The position numbers were made by a program, and so were the translations under genes. Positions 49,679 to 63,140 of a DNA stretch of 64,000 bases are shown piece by piece. Every line of letters begins with the position of its first letter. The stretch's first letter is position 1. This DNA comes from Octopus sinensis (lineage: Eukaryota), in assembly GCF_006345805.1 (NCBI RefSeq), contig NC_043016.1, positions 23,064,001 to 23,128,000 on the forward strand, given 5' to 3'. The notes below the pieces were generated by a model. It was not told the DNA's origin. It searched no databases and saw nothing but the letters and a program-made list of their open reading frames with translations.

Positions 49679-49889
49679 TCTATGTTTGTGCATATGTTTA
49701 TTTTTGTGTTCGTCTCCACCACCATTTGACAACCAGTGTTGGTTTGTTAATGCACCCCAACTCCATCTTAGCAGTTTGTTACAATACTTTAAAAAGAAAA
49801 AGATGGTACTGGGGTTGAATTATTTCACTAAGAGCAGGACCATTTGCAGTGAAGAAATTCTGTTGCAATGTTCTTATGTGATATGATCT

Positions 49890-51400
49890 TGACCTTTGTA
49901 GGTGACGCATTGCATGGAGGCCTAGTCTTGGGTGAATTGTAAGCACAATACTATCATTTGGATAATATTGGTAGAATATTTTCCACATGGTGCAAATAAT
50001 GCTTTGCTCATGGCAGCATTGCAGAGAATAGAGCTTCAGCTGTTTAGGTCGAGCCCAATAATCAAGTCCCATCATGCCATTTATTTTTTTAGTGATTGAT
50101 CTTTATGGTGCTTCGATCCTCATTGTCTTGTTTTTTGTAGGGTGACCACAATGGGCAGCAGTATTCAAGGTGGCGCCTGGTGAATGTGGAGAAGAGAAGG
50201 ATGATTGTTTCATGATCCCTACATTGAAAAGTTCTGAGGATCTGTGAGCTCATTTTGTGGGAAACATTACTTTTTTGTTGATGTGCACACTCCAGCTAAG
50301 GTTGCTGTTGACAGTTACACCTAGGTCTCTGATATTATCCGTCAGTTCAAGTAGGTCTCCCGACGGAAGCGAATATGGTTGAGTGTGCCCTCTTTTCTGA
50401 AGCGGATGAGCTCAGTTTTTCTTCATTCAAGTGTATATTGTTTTTTTGTGACTACTGGGTTACTGTGCATAGGTCTGATTGAAGCATTGTTCGATCATAT
50501 GTTTCCTCAATGACGTTCTGCAGCTTAGAGTCATCTGCAATATCATTGATACAGACAATAAAAAGATGTGGACCCAGCACAGTACCTTCCGGAACTCTGC
50601 TAATGACTTTTGCTGGTCTTGAGTAGATGTCATCAACCACAACATGCTGAGTCCTAATCCATTGGAGTAGTTTTCCACTGACTCCAGCATTGGATAGTTT
50701 CCATAACAGTATATTGTGGCTTACTCTGTCAAAGGCCTTGCTGAAATCAAGGTATATGACATCCACATTGGAGCCCACTCTTAGTGTATTTAAGATGTCA
50801 TCAAAGTGGAGGAGGAGTTGTGTTAGACAGTCCCTCCCACCTTGTAAGCCATGCTGGTTGCAATTCAGATGATTTTGGTCTAGTTTAATAACGATTATCT
50901 TTTATTCATACGAACGTAACTGTCTGGACCCACTCCACTGCTGAATCAGGTTTGATTTCTTTTATTGCTGCTAGGATATTAGTGGCGTCAAAGGTTATAT
51001 CAGAAAGGACATGTTGAGGATTCAAAGAAGCAAAGCTGCTTAAGTCAACTGAAAACAGAGCAGTATTGACTTTGCAGGATCTCAGCCATGTCTTTGGCAT
51101 CACTGTGAAGGATGCTGTTTCTGTCAACCAGTGGACCAATAGAAGAAACTAGTTCTATGTGTTTTTACAAAGGAGTAAAAGACCTTAGGATTATCCTTGA
51201 TGTTTTTAATAGGCCAGGCTTTCTCTGCAGCTCTTTGGTCGTTTATGAGGGTTCTCATAGTCCTGCAGTTGTTGCTTCTTTGATTCCAAGCTTTTTAATG
51301 TTCTTGATTGGGGGTGATGGTGGTATTTTAGAGTATTGATTTTTTTGGTTTATATATACATGGTCCATTATTGGTTATCGTTATTACCATAATTTCTTTA
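49890..51400 (-). mobile_element. CR1/L2-type LINE RT fragment, decayed
   Basis: VDVIYLDFSKAFDRVSHNILLWKL...VISRVPEGTVLGPHLFIVCINDI. Confidence 0.9.
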
Positions 51401-52929
51401 CAACCTCTTTACTAAGCTGGCATGTGTAGCAAGAGTCAACCAGAGAAGCATGATTGTTGCACATCCCAGGAAGTGGTAAATAGTGTTGGGTGAGTTATTT
51501 CCCTTTGTTAGTTATGAATAAAACTCTGACAAACCAAATTTAGAGTTTAAATTGTAACGTGTCAATAATAAAATGTAATGAGAGAGTCTAGCAGTGGGCT
51601 AAAATTAAAGGAATAGTTAACCACTAATCACTGTACTGTTTGGAAAGATAAAGACTTGAAAATATTGAAGAGCACATTTGTACAGTACAGAAAGATAAAT
51701 AATTGTTTAAGGTTTGTGAATTAGTTCTAACTCTAGGTACATCTAATTTTACTTAATGGTCATTCTATGAGTTTTTGAGGAAGATTTTACAATAAAGTGA
51801 AAAAAAAGTGTGCAACAAAGAAAGAAAAACACCTTTAAAAATATAAGAAGCTGCATCTATTTGCAACGGCTGAATGAATATAAATTGAGTCTAGGGATGG
51901 ATTTTGTTATGGAGTCATACTGGGGGGCAGTGCTGATTTTGATTTTGCCTGGGATTGGGCAAATGTGTCAGTTGATTGCAGGATATAATTCTTTTAATGT
52001 TCTGTTTCTCCGACTCAAATTGTTTTGATGCACCATGACACATTTTATAATTAAGCTGTAGACACTTTAGTGATTAACTTATCCGTACATCCAAAGGCCA
52101 GATCTTTCTTTACCATGGTATCTCTCCACTTGTTGGCCATACAAAATAATAATAATAATAATTTCAAATTTTGGCACAAGGTCAACAATTTTAGGGCAGG
52201 GTGTATGCCAATTACCTCAACCCCAGTTTTATTGACCCTGAAGGATGACAGGCAAAGTCAACCTCAGCGGAAATTGAACATGATGCAAAGATGGACTAAA
52301 TGCTAATCATTTTGCCTGGCATGCTCACAATTCTGCCAGATCACCCTTAGATACTTTTTACAAGTTTCATTCTTTAACTTTATTAATTTCCATAGAACAA
52401 TTCCTCTGCTTCTATCCTTTAATCACATTTTTTAAAGCTTTCTCTTTCTACTTTTTGTTTAGAACTAGCCAAGGGAAATAACTCATCCAAACATTACCTA
52501 TATACAACAAGTTAGGCTACCCATAGTTTTTAATCCCATAATGCAATACTAGGAAATCCATATATGTCAAGCTTAATTTCCAAACTGGTTTGACTTATTG
52601 TCTGATGACTATTTGGCATATGCTGAGTATGAAACTTGAAGTAATGATGTAATACCACAAACAGAATATAATTTTATGTTTATTTCACTCCACAATGTTT
52701 TTGTTTGCATTATAAGAATTAAATTTTTTTTTAAGAAACTTCAAGTGATATGAAATAAATTTGCCAGAAAACTCTAAATGTTTTCTATCCAAAGGTTTTT
52801 TTAACCCGATATTCTATATCCTATTATTTATAGCTTTATCTGCTTTGAGTTCTACTGTTAAAAGATTTACTGTAATTTTCTTTGTATAAACATTCATAAC
52901 TATATCTATGTATCTCTATATATGTATAT

Positions 52930-53300
52930 TCTTTTACCTGTTTCAGGACTGTGGCCATGCTGGAACATTGCCTTAAAGGGTTTTAGCCAACGAAATCAAT
53001 TCCAGGACTTATTCTTTGTAAGCCTAGTACTTATTCTATCGGCCTCTTTTGTCAAACAACTAAGTTATGGGGACGTAAAGACACCAACATAAGTTGTCAA
53101 GCGGTGGTGGGGTGGGGGGCAAACACAGACATACATATATACACAACGGGCTTCTTTCAGTTTTCATCTACCAACTCCACTCACAGGGCTTTGGTTGGTG
53201 TGAGACTATAGTACAAGACACTTGTGCAGAGGCCATGTAGTGGGACTGAACTTGGATCCATGCGGTGGGAAGCAAGCTTCTTACCATACAGCCATGTCTA
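52930..53300 (-). mobile_element. SINE family A
   Basis: Reverse-complement copy. Confidence 0.85.
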
Positions 53301-53348
<48 letters not shown>

Positions 53349-53351
<3 letters not shown>

Positions 53352-53471
53352 CTTATATAAGAATGTTGTTGACAGTGACTTCAATGGATTGACATGCTAA
53401 ACCACTGTCTGATGATGGTTTAGCTGGCTGAAATTTCAAAGTTACTTTCAAAAACATTCTTGTATAAGAAT
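53349..53471. repeat. 123-bp hairpin element (33-bp arms with 4 mismatches, inner 9-bp stem)
   Basis: Arms 53349-53381 and 53439-53471; inner stem GCTAAACCA/TGGTTTAGC. Confidence 0.8.
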
Positions 53472-53569
53472 AACACATTTTCACTCTACAAAAGTATACC
53501 ATAATCCATCAGATTAATGTAAAATTGTTTTTATTATAACTGAACATAAAAACAAGCATTAACATAAGT

Positions 53570-53604
<35 letters not shown>

Positions 53605-53892
53605 TTTAACATTTACTTTTGTATGCTGGTATGAGTAAGACAAGTTATTGGGGCAGTATTTCTGCAGCCAAATGTTTTTTCTTGTTGCAAACCCTTGCCT
53701 GGTTTGTTCCAAATGTATTAGTTTCCTTAGTCCTCTGAACAATAAATAGTTCAATAGGACAGGTTTTTGCAGCAGATTGTAAACATTGACTATTGTATGT
53801 ACAATGATGGTATATTATCATCATCAACATCAATGTGCTGTTTCTCACTGCTGACATGGGCTGGATGGTTTGACAAGAAACAAAGCACCTGA

Positions 53893-53926
<34 letters not shown>

Positions 53927-56900
53927 GGGGTGAGAGATTTCTATGTCAGTTTTGTTTTTCATACTACCTTAAAATTACGATAAGACATTTCAATGAATTT
54001 CTTGTGAAATAGAAACATACTGCATCACTAAGGTTGTTTACTCCTTTTGTTGGTGATCTTCACAGCCATACAGACCAATCCATATAAGTAAAAATGATAC
54101 TGTTAAATGCATGTTGCTTATGTCTGCCCCTGCACTCAGTCTCTCTGATGAATCTCCCTATCTTCTAAATACCCACAACTCATCTTCCTAACCTGCTCCC
54201 TTCTGACCATAGCACTATTCACTTAACTGATGCAACCTTGAGAGCAGAATTGATTATATATTCCATCCCACTATCATTCACCCTTTTCCTCATGCATTCT
54301 TAGTACCATTCCCTACCACTGAACATACCATTATTTTGCCAATAGCATCCCACTATTTCCACCCTTAAGTATCTCTGTCCTTGTCACTTGCATTTCACAT
54401 CATCTTTGCTGATCCACATCTACTTCTATCATCCTCTTCAACTAATATTCACAATCAACCATGACGCCATATTCACCACCTACAGCATTTCTCTTGTCTC
54501 TATCCTTATCCATCTGCTAATCTCCTTTACATTCCCATGAACTTAACTACCCATGCCACTTCTCTTATAGCCACCATCCTTTAACTTGAAGGCAAAGTGC
54601 ACCTTGACACATCTTCATCATGATCTTCTGGCTTCTCCAACTGAGGTAACCTTGTATCTGCTCTACAGAAAGACACCTGTAGCTATCCTCTTTAACAAGT
54701 GTACCCTAAGATGAGTAGTGAGCGGGGGTCTTGTCTTGTAAATTACTTGGTAATTTCACAAGTGTTGGCACTGAACAAAAAGTATTCAGTACAGTGGTTG
54801 GCATTAAGGGAATCCAGCCACAAAAACCATGTTAAAACATTGATGCTTTGGTGCAGTAATCTATCTCACCAGTTCCTGCTGAACCCATTGAGTTCATGAT
54901 AACAAACATTAATTTCAAATTTAGGCAGAAGGTTAGCAGAAAGAGATAGTTAGTTACATCAACTCCAGTACTCAACTGGTACTTATTTTATGAATCTCTA
55001 AAGGATGAAAGGTAAAGTCAACCTCAGTGGAATTTGAACTCAAGAGTGTAGACAGACGAAATGCAACTAAGCATTTTGCCTGGTGTGCCTACAATTCTGC
55101 CAGCTCACTACCATAGAAACAGACATTAAATGATGAAACTGATTATGACATATTTGAAGCTTTTTCATTAATCAATATCAGTTCCAGCAATAATATCTCA
55201 TGTGTTTATTTAATCCACAAGACTGGTCATACATGCTGACTAGTTTAATTGCCTTGAAAACCATCACAACTTTCCCTGGACTGTGAATCTTGCCTTATCT
55301 TTAAACATCCTGTACAACCAAAAATCAACAATGACAAACATAACAATTATATAAAATTGTATTATCAGCAGATGTTTAAGGCACCACCTGATGTTTTTTT
55401 TTTCTTTCTTAGTATTAGAATTGTTTAAGATATGACACATGTTCAATGGTTTAAACAAGTCAGTAAGTAGTAATGTGTGTAGGGGGAAACTTTAAAAAAT
55501 AGATCACTGTCCCATTATTTCACAGCTGTTCATTGTTGTTGCTTATATAAAATAAAAAAATTAGTCTTTTTTTATCGATTTGATCTAACACTGATCAAAT
55601 GTCTGATGTTACTGCTGTGGTGATAGCTACCTATTATAACACACAACCTTTTCCCACCTGCACTGCTGGTTCTTTTGACCCCTCTACAGCAAGAAACCTG
55701 TTCTACTCTTTCCCCTTTCTCTCATACTTTAATCCCTCATCTACTAACATAAATTCACTTGGGTTCAGTCCTGTAATCTGCATGCAAATGTCACTAGTGC
55801 TGTAAAGGGGTTGGAGTGAGAAAGGACATTCAGCTGTAGAAACCATGTCAAAATAGAGAAATACAATTTAGTTCTTGGACCAAGTTCCTGCCAAACTGCC
55901 CAATCCATGCCAGCAATGAACATGGACATTAAATGATGAAGATGTTGATCCCCACCCCCATGTATATAAATTTATGATATAATTTTGGAGGAGATGCAGA
56001 ACATATAACCTTCACAGGTCTCCAGAGAGTTGATCAATACGGCTAGTGTTCAGCCTGAACATCAGTTAGTCAATACATGGAGGAAATCCAGAGAGATGAT
56101 GTCCCAAGGTTAGAGGTTTTGGCAGAAATTTAACTCATGTTTCTCAAGGTGCTAAGTGCCATTCTTGATTACATTCTCCAGTAAGCAAAAGCCCTATAGT
56201 TTTACTTCTGACATGTGGGGACCAGTGGATTAAAAATACTTTATTAGGAAAACAGTTCAGGGTCAGCAACATGAAGAACATCTAGCTCTCTAAAACCTGC
56301 CTCAACAAATTTTGCCTTTGATCTAACAAATGGAAACATGTAGGTGAACAACATAAAATGAAGAATGAAATTTCATTTATTTAGTAGCATATATAATTAA
56401 AACTTAACAATAATTAAGGAAACAGATAATTCTGTGCACTACACATGCACTTTTCACTATCATTTTTGTCTTCCTTTACTTCACTTATTGTTGCTTTCTG
56501 TTTTCTCTTTTACCTTTTCTGATGTGCTGTAGTGTATCTGAACACTGTTTACAATGAGCTCATTATTATATTACATAAAATAAACAAAACACAAACTATC
56601 ATAATGTAAAAGTTTCTCTTCCAAAATTAGTATTGAACCTGCTCAAAGAAATGATGTACACATGTGAAGGAGACACTTGTTTGTTGTCTATAATGGCAAC
56701 ATAACTTTACAATTTGAATAGTGTTGATGATCCTGAGATAAAGGCACCCAGTACACTTTGTGGAGTGGTTGGCATTAGGAAAGACATCCAGCTGTAGAAA
56801 CCAAGCTAAAACAAAATGAAGCTCTCCGGCTTACCAGTTCCAGTCAAATCGTTAAACTCATGGCAGCATGAAAAAATTGCTAAATTATGACAGTGATGAG

Positions 56901-59444
56901 GATAACCCTATAAACCATGATGTGCACAGTACATATAACAATGCAGTATGATAGAAAAATGTTCATCTCCACATATGTAAATAGTAAAATACTTCCTTTC
57001 AAATACTGCCACTTACCATGTTAGTATTTAGTGGCTAAAACAGTCAGTAGCATGAGACCAAATGTAGAAAAATATATCTGTGAACAGATGGAGGTACAGT
57101 GGGATGAGATGACTGAACGCAGCTAAGTAGATAGTCAGCCTGTTTTGACAAAAGTAATTAGTGCTGAAGGCAAACACACGGAAATATACATGTTGTGAGA
57201 GAGAGAGAAACATTACAAATTTATTAATTGAACACAATTGTCATAAACACTTTCCTTCTCCTCATAGACATAAAGAGAGATATGCTCACAAACATATATA
57301 GAGAGAAAGAGATATTAAAACATTTGATGTCAAATAAGTCACATTGAATAACTGGCACCAAAATGGCTGTGCCAAAAACATCTCATATCTATTGTATGGT
57401 TCTTTGAATCAGATGTTCACCCCGGAATTATGTGGTTCTGAGTTGCATAGCATCTTTGGAGATATTCTGCTAAATCTTTGGGTGGAACTGAAATTTGTGA
57501 GTGAAATTGGCTAGATGGAAACCATGCTGATGTCAAACAGATAGGCTATCTCTGTATCTGAAAAACAGATTTAAACATCACTATTCAACTCTTGGATGAC
57601 TGTTAGCACTGTCCACTCTGTTACAAGCATCTGAAAGCTGAGCCCCAGTGTAAGGCTAACTCAGTATTATGATATGTTGCTTCTAATTATACCAAACACA
57701 GATCATGGCTTTCCTTCTATTTAAATCCACCCACTATCACCAGTTTGGGAGGCCCTGAAAGAAGAATGATGGTTATTCTCCCTTTCTCTTATAACTAAAC
57801 TGTAAAAAAAAGTTTAAAAAATGCACTCACACAACAGTACCAAATTCAAACAAAATTCAGAAAAATAGAATTTTCCAGAAAAAAACCCCCCTAAAATAAA
57901 ATCTCAACAAACATGAAATTCTCAAAAATCTTCAAGTAGATTTGGAACATAGAAACTAAAAGAAGCTTGTTATATATATAATATATATATGTGTGTGTGT
58001 ATGCACATTAGTTTCCTTGCCTTGACATCATGTGATGGTTGTCATCATCATGCAAGTAGTGGCTTTCACTTCCAAGTTTCTGTGAAAACAAGTCCAGTTA
58101 TGGGGAAATATTACCTTATTTGGAAACAAGTGAGGATTGGCAATACCATAAAACAATCTAGTTGTTGAAAATCTTCCTCAATGAATACAGTCTGAACCAT
58201 GTGAGCATGGTAATATCACTCACTTCCCAATTCAGCATTAAAATAAAATCTTGACACACCAAACTCTAATACATGCTGGAACAGTGAAACATCTCTTAAT
58301 TACACTTTACATTCCAGAACACATGCATATATCATCATCTTTGTTTTACATCTATTTTTCCATGATAGTATGGGTTGGGCAGATTTATTCCACTACAGTA
58401 TGCCACCACTTGGAGTTCTTTGTTATCTGATATATACAACATAGATAACCCTGTCTGTTGTTGTGAGTGCCATGTTTTAGTAGCTGCATTTCTTTCCTAT
58501 CACTAACAACTTTAGAGCCTAGTAATTTTAAGACTCATAAATCCAGTTACCTGCTTTCCAAGGCATATAAGTGACTGAGATCACAATGTTGCCCCTGAAT
58601 GGGATGCTAGTCCATTGCACGGTTCAAGGCGAGCAGAATCAATTACATTGACAGGTACTTTAGTTAATGGGCCCTGAAGAAATGAAGGGCAAAGTTGACC
58701 TAGGTACGATTTGAAGTGAGAACATAAAAGGGGCCAGAAGAAATTTCCCCGTTTTGTGACATGTCAACGATTCTGCCAGTTGTTTTACAGCCTAAACTAG
58801 ATGCATGGCTTGTACCAGAACTGAAGACTTTTTCCTATCCTGTACCAGTTTTTATTTTAGTTAATGACCTACTAAATGGGTTGCTTTTACTGTGGTTTGC
58901 CGAATCTATGTCTAAATTAAGTAATTAAACTAGACCCGTTTCTTATACAAGTATGTTTGTTCAATTGCTTCTGCTGGGAACATAAAAGGAAGTACTACTA
59001 TGTAAAGGAAGGGAGGTAACTTACTGAAGTCATGGTACCTGAGAATGAGGTTGTCTTCTCTATAACTTAGGTAACGAGGAATTTTGGCAGTTGGTGGTGG
59101 ATTTCTGAAGGCAGATGTAGCAATCTGTGAATGTATTAGTGTTTTGCACCTAAATATTGATAATCTTCCTCTCTAAATGCGTTCTTATATACTGATAATT
59201 ACTACAAAATAATATGTGAACTCTATAATTTTCCCTGCCTAATTATCAATAACTTTCTCTGTAAAAACAAAAAAAATAAAATTGTATATAAATAGATTTT
59301 TCTCCTACATGTACTTATGCTTCATTGTTGCCCATGAGATGATCAAACAAGAGAGACAAATGGTTCACAAAACATCAACATCAGATGAAAATATTTTGTC
59401 CATCAAAATGTCAAAAACAGCTAAATAAATTTCAAATGACATAC

Positions 59445-59830
59445 TCTCTTTTTACTCTTTTACTCGTTTCAGTCATTTGACTGCGGCCATGCTGGAGCAC
59501 CGCCTTTACTCGATCAAATCGACCCCGGAACTTATTCTTTGTAAGCCCAGTACTTATTCTATCGGTCTCTTTTGCCGAACCGCTAAGTGGCGGGGACGTA
59601 GACACACCAGCATCGGTTGTCAAGCAATGCTAGGGGGACAAACACATATATATATATATATATATACGACAGGCTTCTTTCAGTTTCCGTCTATCAAATC
59701 CACTCACAAGGCATTGGTCGGCCTGGGGCTATAGCAGAAGACACTTGCCCAAGATGCCACGCAGTGGGACTGAACCCGCAACCATGTGGTTGGTTAGCAA
59801 GCTACTTACCACACAGCCACTCCTGCGCCT
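59445..59830 (-). mobile_element. SINE family A, young full-length copy
   Basis: CpGs largely intact. Confidence 0.9.
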
Positions 59831-60039
59831 TATTTATTGTCCTTTTACATTCCTCAGAGGTCTACAGTGATTGCCTCTTTAATGAGTGCTTCTGTGACAT
59901 TAAAGCATGCGAGAAATAAACTTCTTTAAGGGTGCCAATATTTAATGAGCCACTACTTAATTTTCCACTGCTACCATCGTTTCCAGTGATAAAGATGTCC
60001 ACCTGGTCTTATCAGCTTATAGCTGGAAGTTATCATGTT

Positions 60040-60330
60040 CATGGACACTACACTGTGGTTTCTACTTGGTTAGAATGGGCTATTGACAGTTAAGTGTGTT
60101 AGCTATGGAAATAATAGTACAGTGAATTATACCAGACTGTGGTATCTACTTAAAACTATTTAGACTGGACTGTTGACAGTTAAGTGTGTTGGCTATGGAG
60201 ATAGTACAGTGAAATATACCAGATTGTGGTACCTACTTACAGCTAGGTAGACTGGACTGTTGCCAGTTAAGTGAGTTTTTTAGCCATGGACACATCACAG
60301 TGAACAATACCATACTGTGGTACCTTTTAC
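60040..60330. repeat. Minisatellite, about 3.3 copies of an 85-91-bp unit
   Basis: TGTGGT(T/A)(T/C)CTACTT recurs at about 60053, 60138, 60225 and 60316; GACAGTTAAGTG occurs three times (one copy GCCAG). Confidence 0.85.
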
Positions 60331-61580
60331 TGATAAGTAACATGTGAACTGCAGATTTCTTAGATGATTGCTTAGTACACTCTTTACACATCACCTCTCT
60401 CTCACACACACATGTACATATATTGATGTTTTTTTTTGTATGAGTGTGTGTGCACAAACGCGTGTATATTGAAGTTTTAATAAAGTTTAAGAATTCTTTT
60501 AAAATGCAAAATGTATCTGTAAATAAAAGACATGATATAGATGCTTGTGATGATGATTACGATTATGATAGTGGTGGTGGTGGTTATGTGATTAGGGTGG
60601 AGAGTAATGAATGCAGAAATGATGAACATAATTTTTTATCTCTACAAAATAAAGTAATGTAATTTCATTGTACAGATATAATCAGTTTACTTCAGATGAA
60701 GTTATATAGACATAGGTATACACAAACATTACTGAAGAAGTAATATCCATGTTTTGTATTCAACTAAACGTTGTGGTCATGCTGTGAGATAAGCTATATA
60801 AAGTTGCTCAACTTACTAGAAATAACAACTAAATTTCCTACAAATCACTTACCCTCTTCAAAACGGCACGATAAAATGGATATTTTAGTCTACATTAAGC
60901 TCAGAACTTGCATATTTTAATCTACACACGGAAAAAAGGGGGAGAAAAAAAAAAAGAAATGAAACAAAAGTAGGCTTATCAGTCATTTATTATAGGTGTA
61001 CAGAGTCAGAACTGCCCGGGATTAAACAACAATAACTAATGGATTGATTATACAACTTTGTATGATGTTATGATATTCATTAGTATCGTATGCATATGGC
61101 ATGAGACTCCGTGAGTATTTCAGCTGACTCATCAGATTCTCATAGGAGTCTGTCTCATCACCACAATTGTTACTACCATTAGCCAGTCATTATTCAAATA
61201 ATTTGATGAATAACAATAGATATAAATAGGCATACACACCTTGTGTAGGTTGTGCACACACACACACACGTACCAATATCTGCGTATGTGTGCATAAACA
61301 GCAGGGAAAGTAAAGAGAAACTTTGAAATACAAGTGAGATAGGAAAGAGATACAATTAAAATTATAACAATACAATATAATGAAATTATTGTATACAGTG
61401 CTCAGGTGCACCACATTATGAGAATTAATTCAGGTGAAAGCTTCTTTCTTTCAAGACTGATGTGAAAAAAACCCAATTAAGATTGGTTAAGCACTGCTCT
61501 CTTCTCTTTCACACACGATATATTTATATACACGTGTATATGTATGTATGTATATATATATATATATATGTGTGTGTGTA

Positions 61581-61625
<45 letters not shown>

Positions 61626-61750
61626 GTGTGTTACCATGAATATCTATACACACTATGCCTTCATACACATGTATATACACACATATACATATGCCCCTAT
61701 ATATATATATATATATATATCTTCAAAGAAATTATTTATTGCATACTTAC

Positions 61751-62104
61751 AGTTAATGCAACAGAAGACTTTAGCTATTAGATCATCTCTATTTCCTATT
61801 AATATTCCGGAAGTTCCGGGAGTCTAGAGAAGACCAATATATTCATCAAATGGCAATTCCCGGATATTATCGAAAAGCTACAATTTTAGCGACTTCGATT
61901 TTTCTTTCTTTCTTCCTTTTTTTTTTTTTTTGTAGATGATATTTTTTTTTATGAGCTGAATGAATTTTCTGAAAACAAAAATTTCTGCAAGTGAACTATT
62001 AAAATTAATAACACAAATGTGATAATTGCAATTATGTATAAAATGGTTCTTGAAATATATTTTATATTTTAAACGAAACACGAGTAAATACATACACTTA
62101 CATG

Positions 62105-62139
<35 letters not shown>

Positions 62140-62600
62140 AATAGTCATTCTTTCGTTAGAAAGAATACCATAATATATGTATATATACCATGTGTATATA
62201 TGTATGTGCATACATAACATATATAAGAACATCTATAACGTGTGTGTGTATATACATATATTCACATTTCATTTATATTTTTAGTACTGTCTATTATGAA
62301 GTGTCTAAAAGTTTCGTCGCGCTTTTGCCACTTAGTCACGAATGACAATCCCACTGCCTCAAGAGGAATCACTTCAGTCATCAGGTCGCAGAAGTGACAT
62401 GAAACTTTTAGACAGTTCAAAATTGACTACAGCCTATATACGGAACGAAAAGTTAATACAACGGATTTTGTTTGATTCTTCATAAATGGCCAGAATTATT
62501 TCTCCATGGTTTCACATAAAATAACATTCGGCCGAAGACTAGCCCAGGCCATTGGCGCTTCCCGACTTTATTTTCCAAAAGCTGATTATTTTTTAAACAA
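61751..62600 (-). promoter_or_regulatory. CpG-retaining promoter-like region with a possible non-coding first exon on the minus strand
   Basis: ETS/GABP motif CCGGAAGT (61807-61814), CCAAT box (ATTGG 62551-62555), consensus donor GTAAGT on the minus strand starting at 61750, and locally high CpG. No gene could be identified. Confidence 0.4.
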
Positions 62601-62904
62601 AATTTATAAGTAAAATTTAGAGTGTTGACTGGTAACACTCAAGTCAATTGAAAAAAAAAAAAAGTGAAAATGCTAAAGGAAATTTGTGCAAACAAAAGTT
62701 AGGAAGTAGAAGAATGACGATCTGAAATTCTTCACTCAATTTTTTTTTCCACTAACTTTTATCAGCAGAGTTGTAATGTATCCCATTAAAAACGTGTCTG
62801 TGAAATTTCACTAAAAATCTGTATTTTTCAGAAATCTATAAGAAAACAAAATGGGAAGGAGACCAATCCTTACTTATACTATATATACAGCATATACATA
62901 TGTG

Positions 62905-62935
<31 letters not shown>

Positions 62936-62939
62936 CATA

Positions 62940-63140
62940 TATATGTTTGTCCTCCCACCATCGTTTGACAACCGATGGTGGTGTGTTTACGTCCCCCGTA
63001 ACTTAGCGGTTCGGCAAAATAGACCAACAGAATAAGTACTAGGCTTACAAAAAAAATAAGTCCTGGGGTCGATTCTCTCGACTAAAGGCGGTGCTCCAGC
63101 ACGGTCGCAGTCAAATGACTGAAACAAGTAAAAAAAATAA
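62940..63140 (+). mobile_element. SINE family A, 3' half
   Basis: CCCCGTAACTTAGCGGTTCGGC...GAAACAAGTAAAA. Confidence 0.85.

Noticed and set aside
17169-62217. Numerous ORFs rich in YI/CV/HT/poly-I/poly-N (e.g. 17169-17597, 19542-20167, 23872-24200, 34179-34597, 35221-35651, 46685-46901, 61462-61827)
   Set aside because: They are translations of (TA)n, (CA)n and trinucleotide microsatellites.
62330-62400. C/D snoRNA or SECIS reading of the 62.3-kb structure
   Set aside because: There is no correctly placed D box (CUGA) at the 3' end and no SECIS helix II with an apical AA.
8365-63140. Orientation bias of family A SINEs (about 11 plus versus 4 minus) as evidence for an enclosing transcript
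   Set aside because: The sample is too small to be persuasive.
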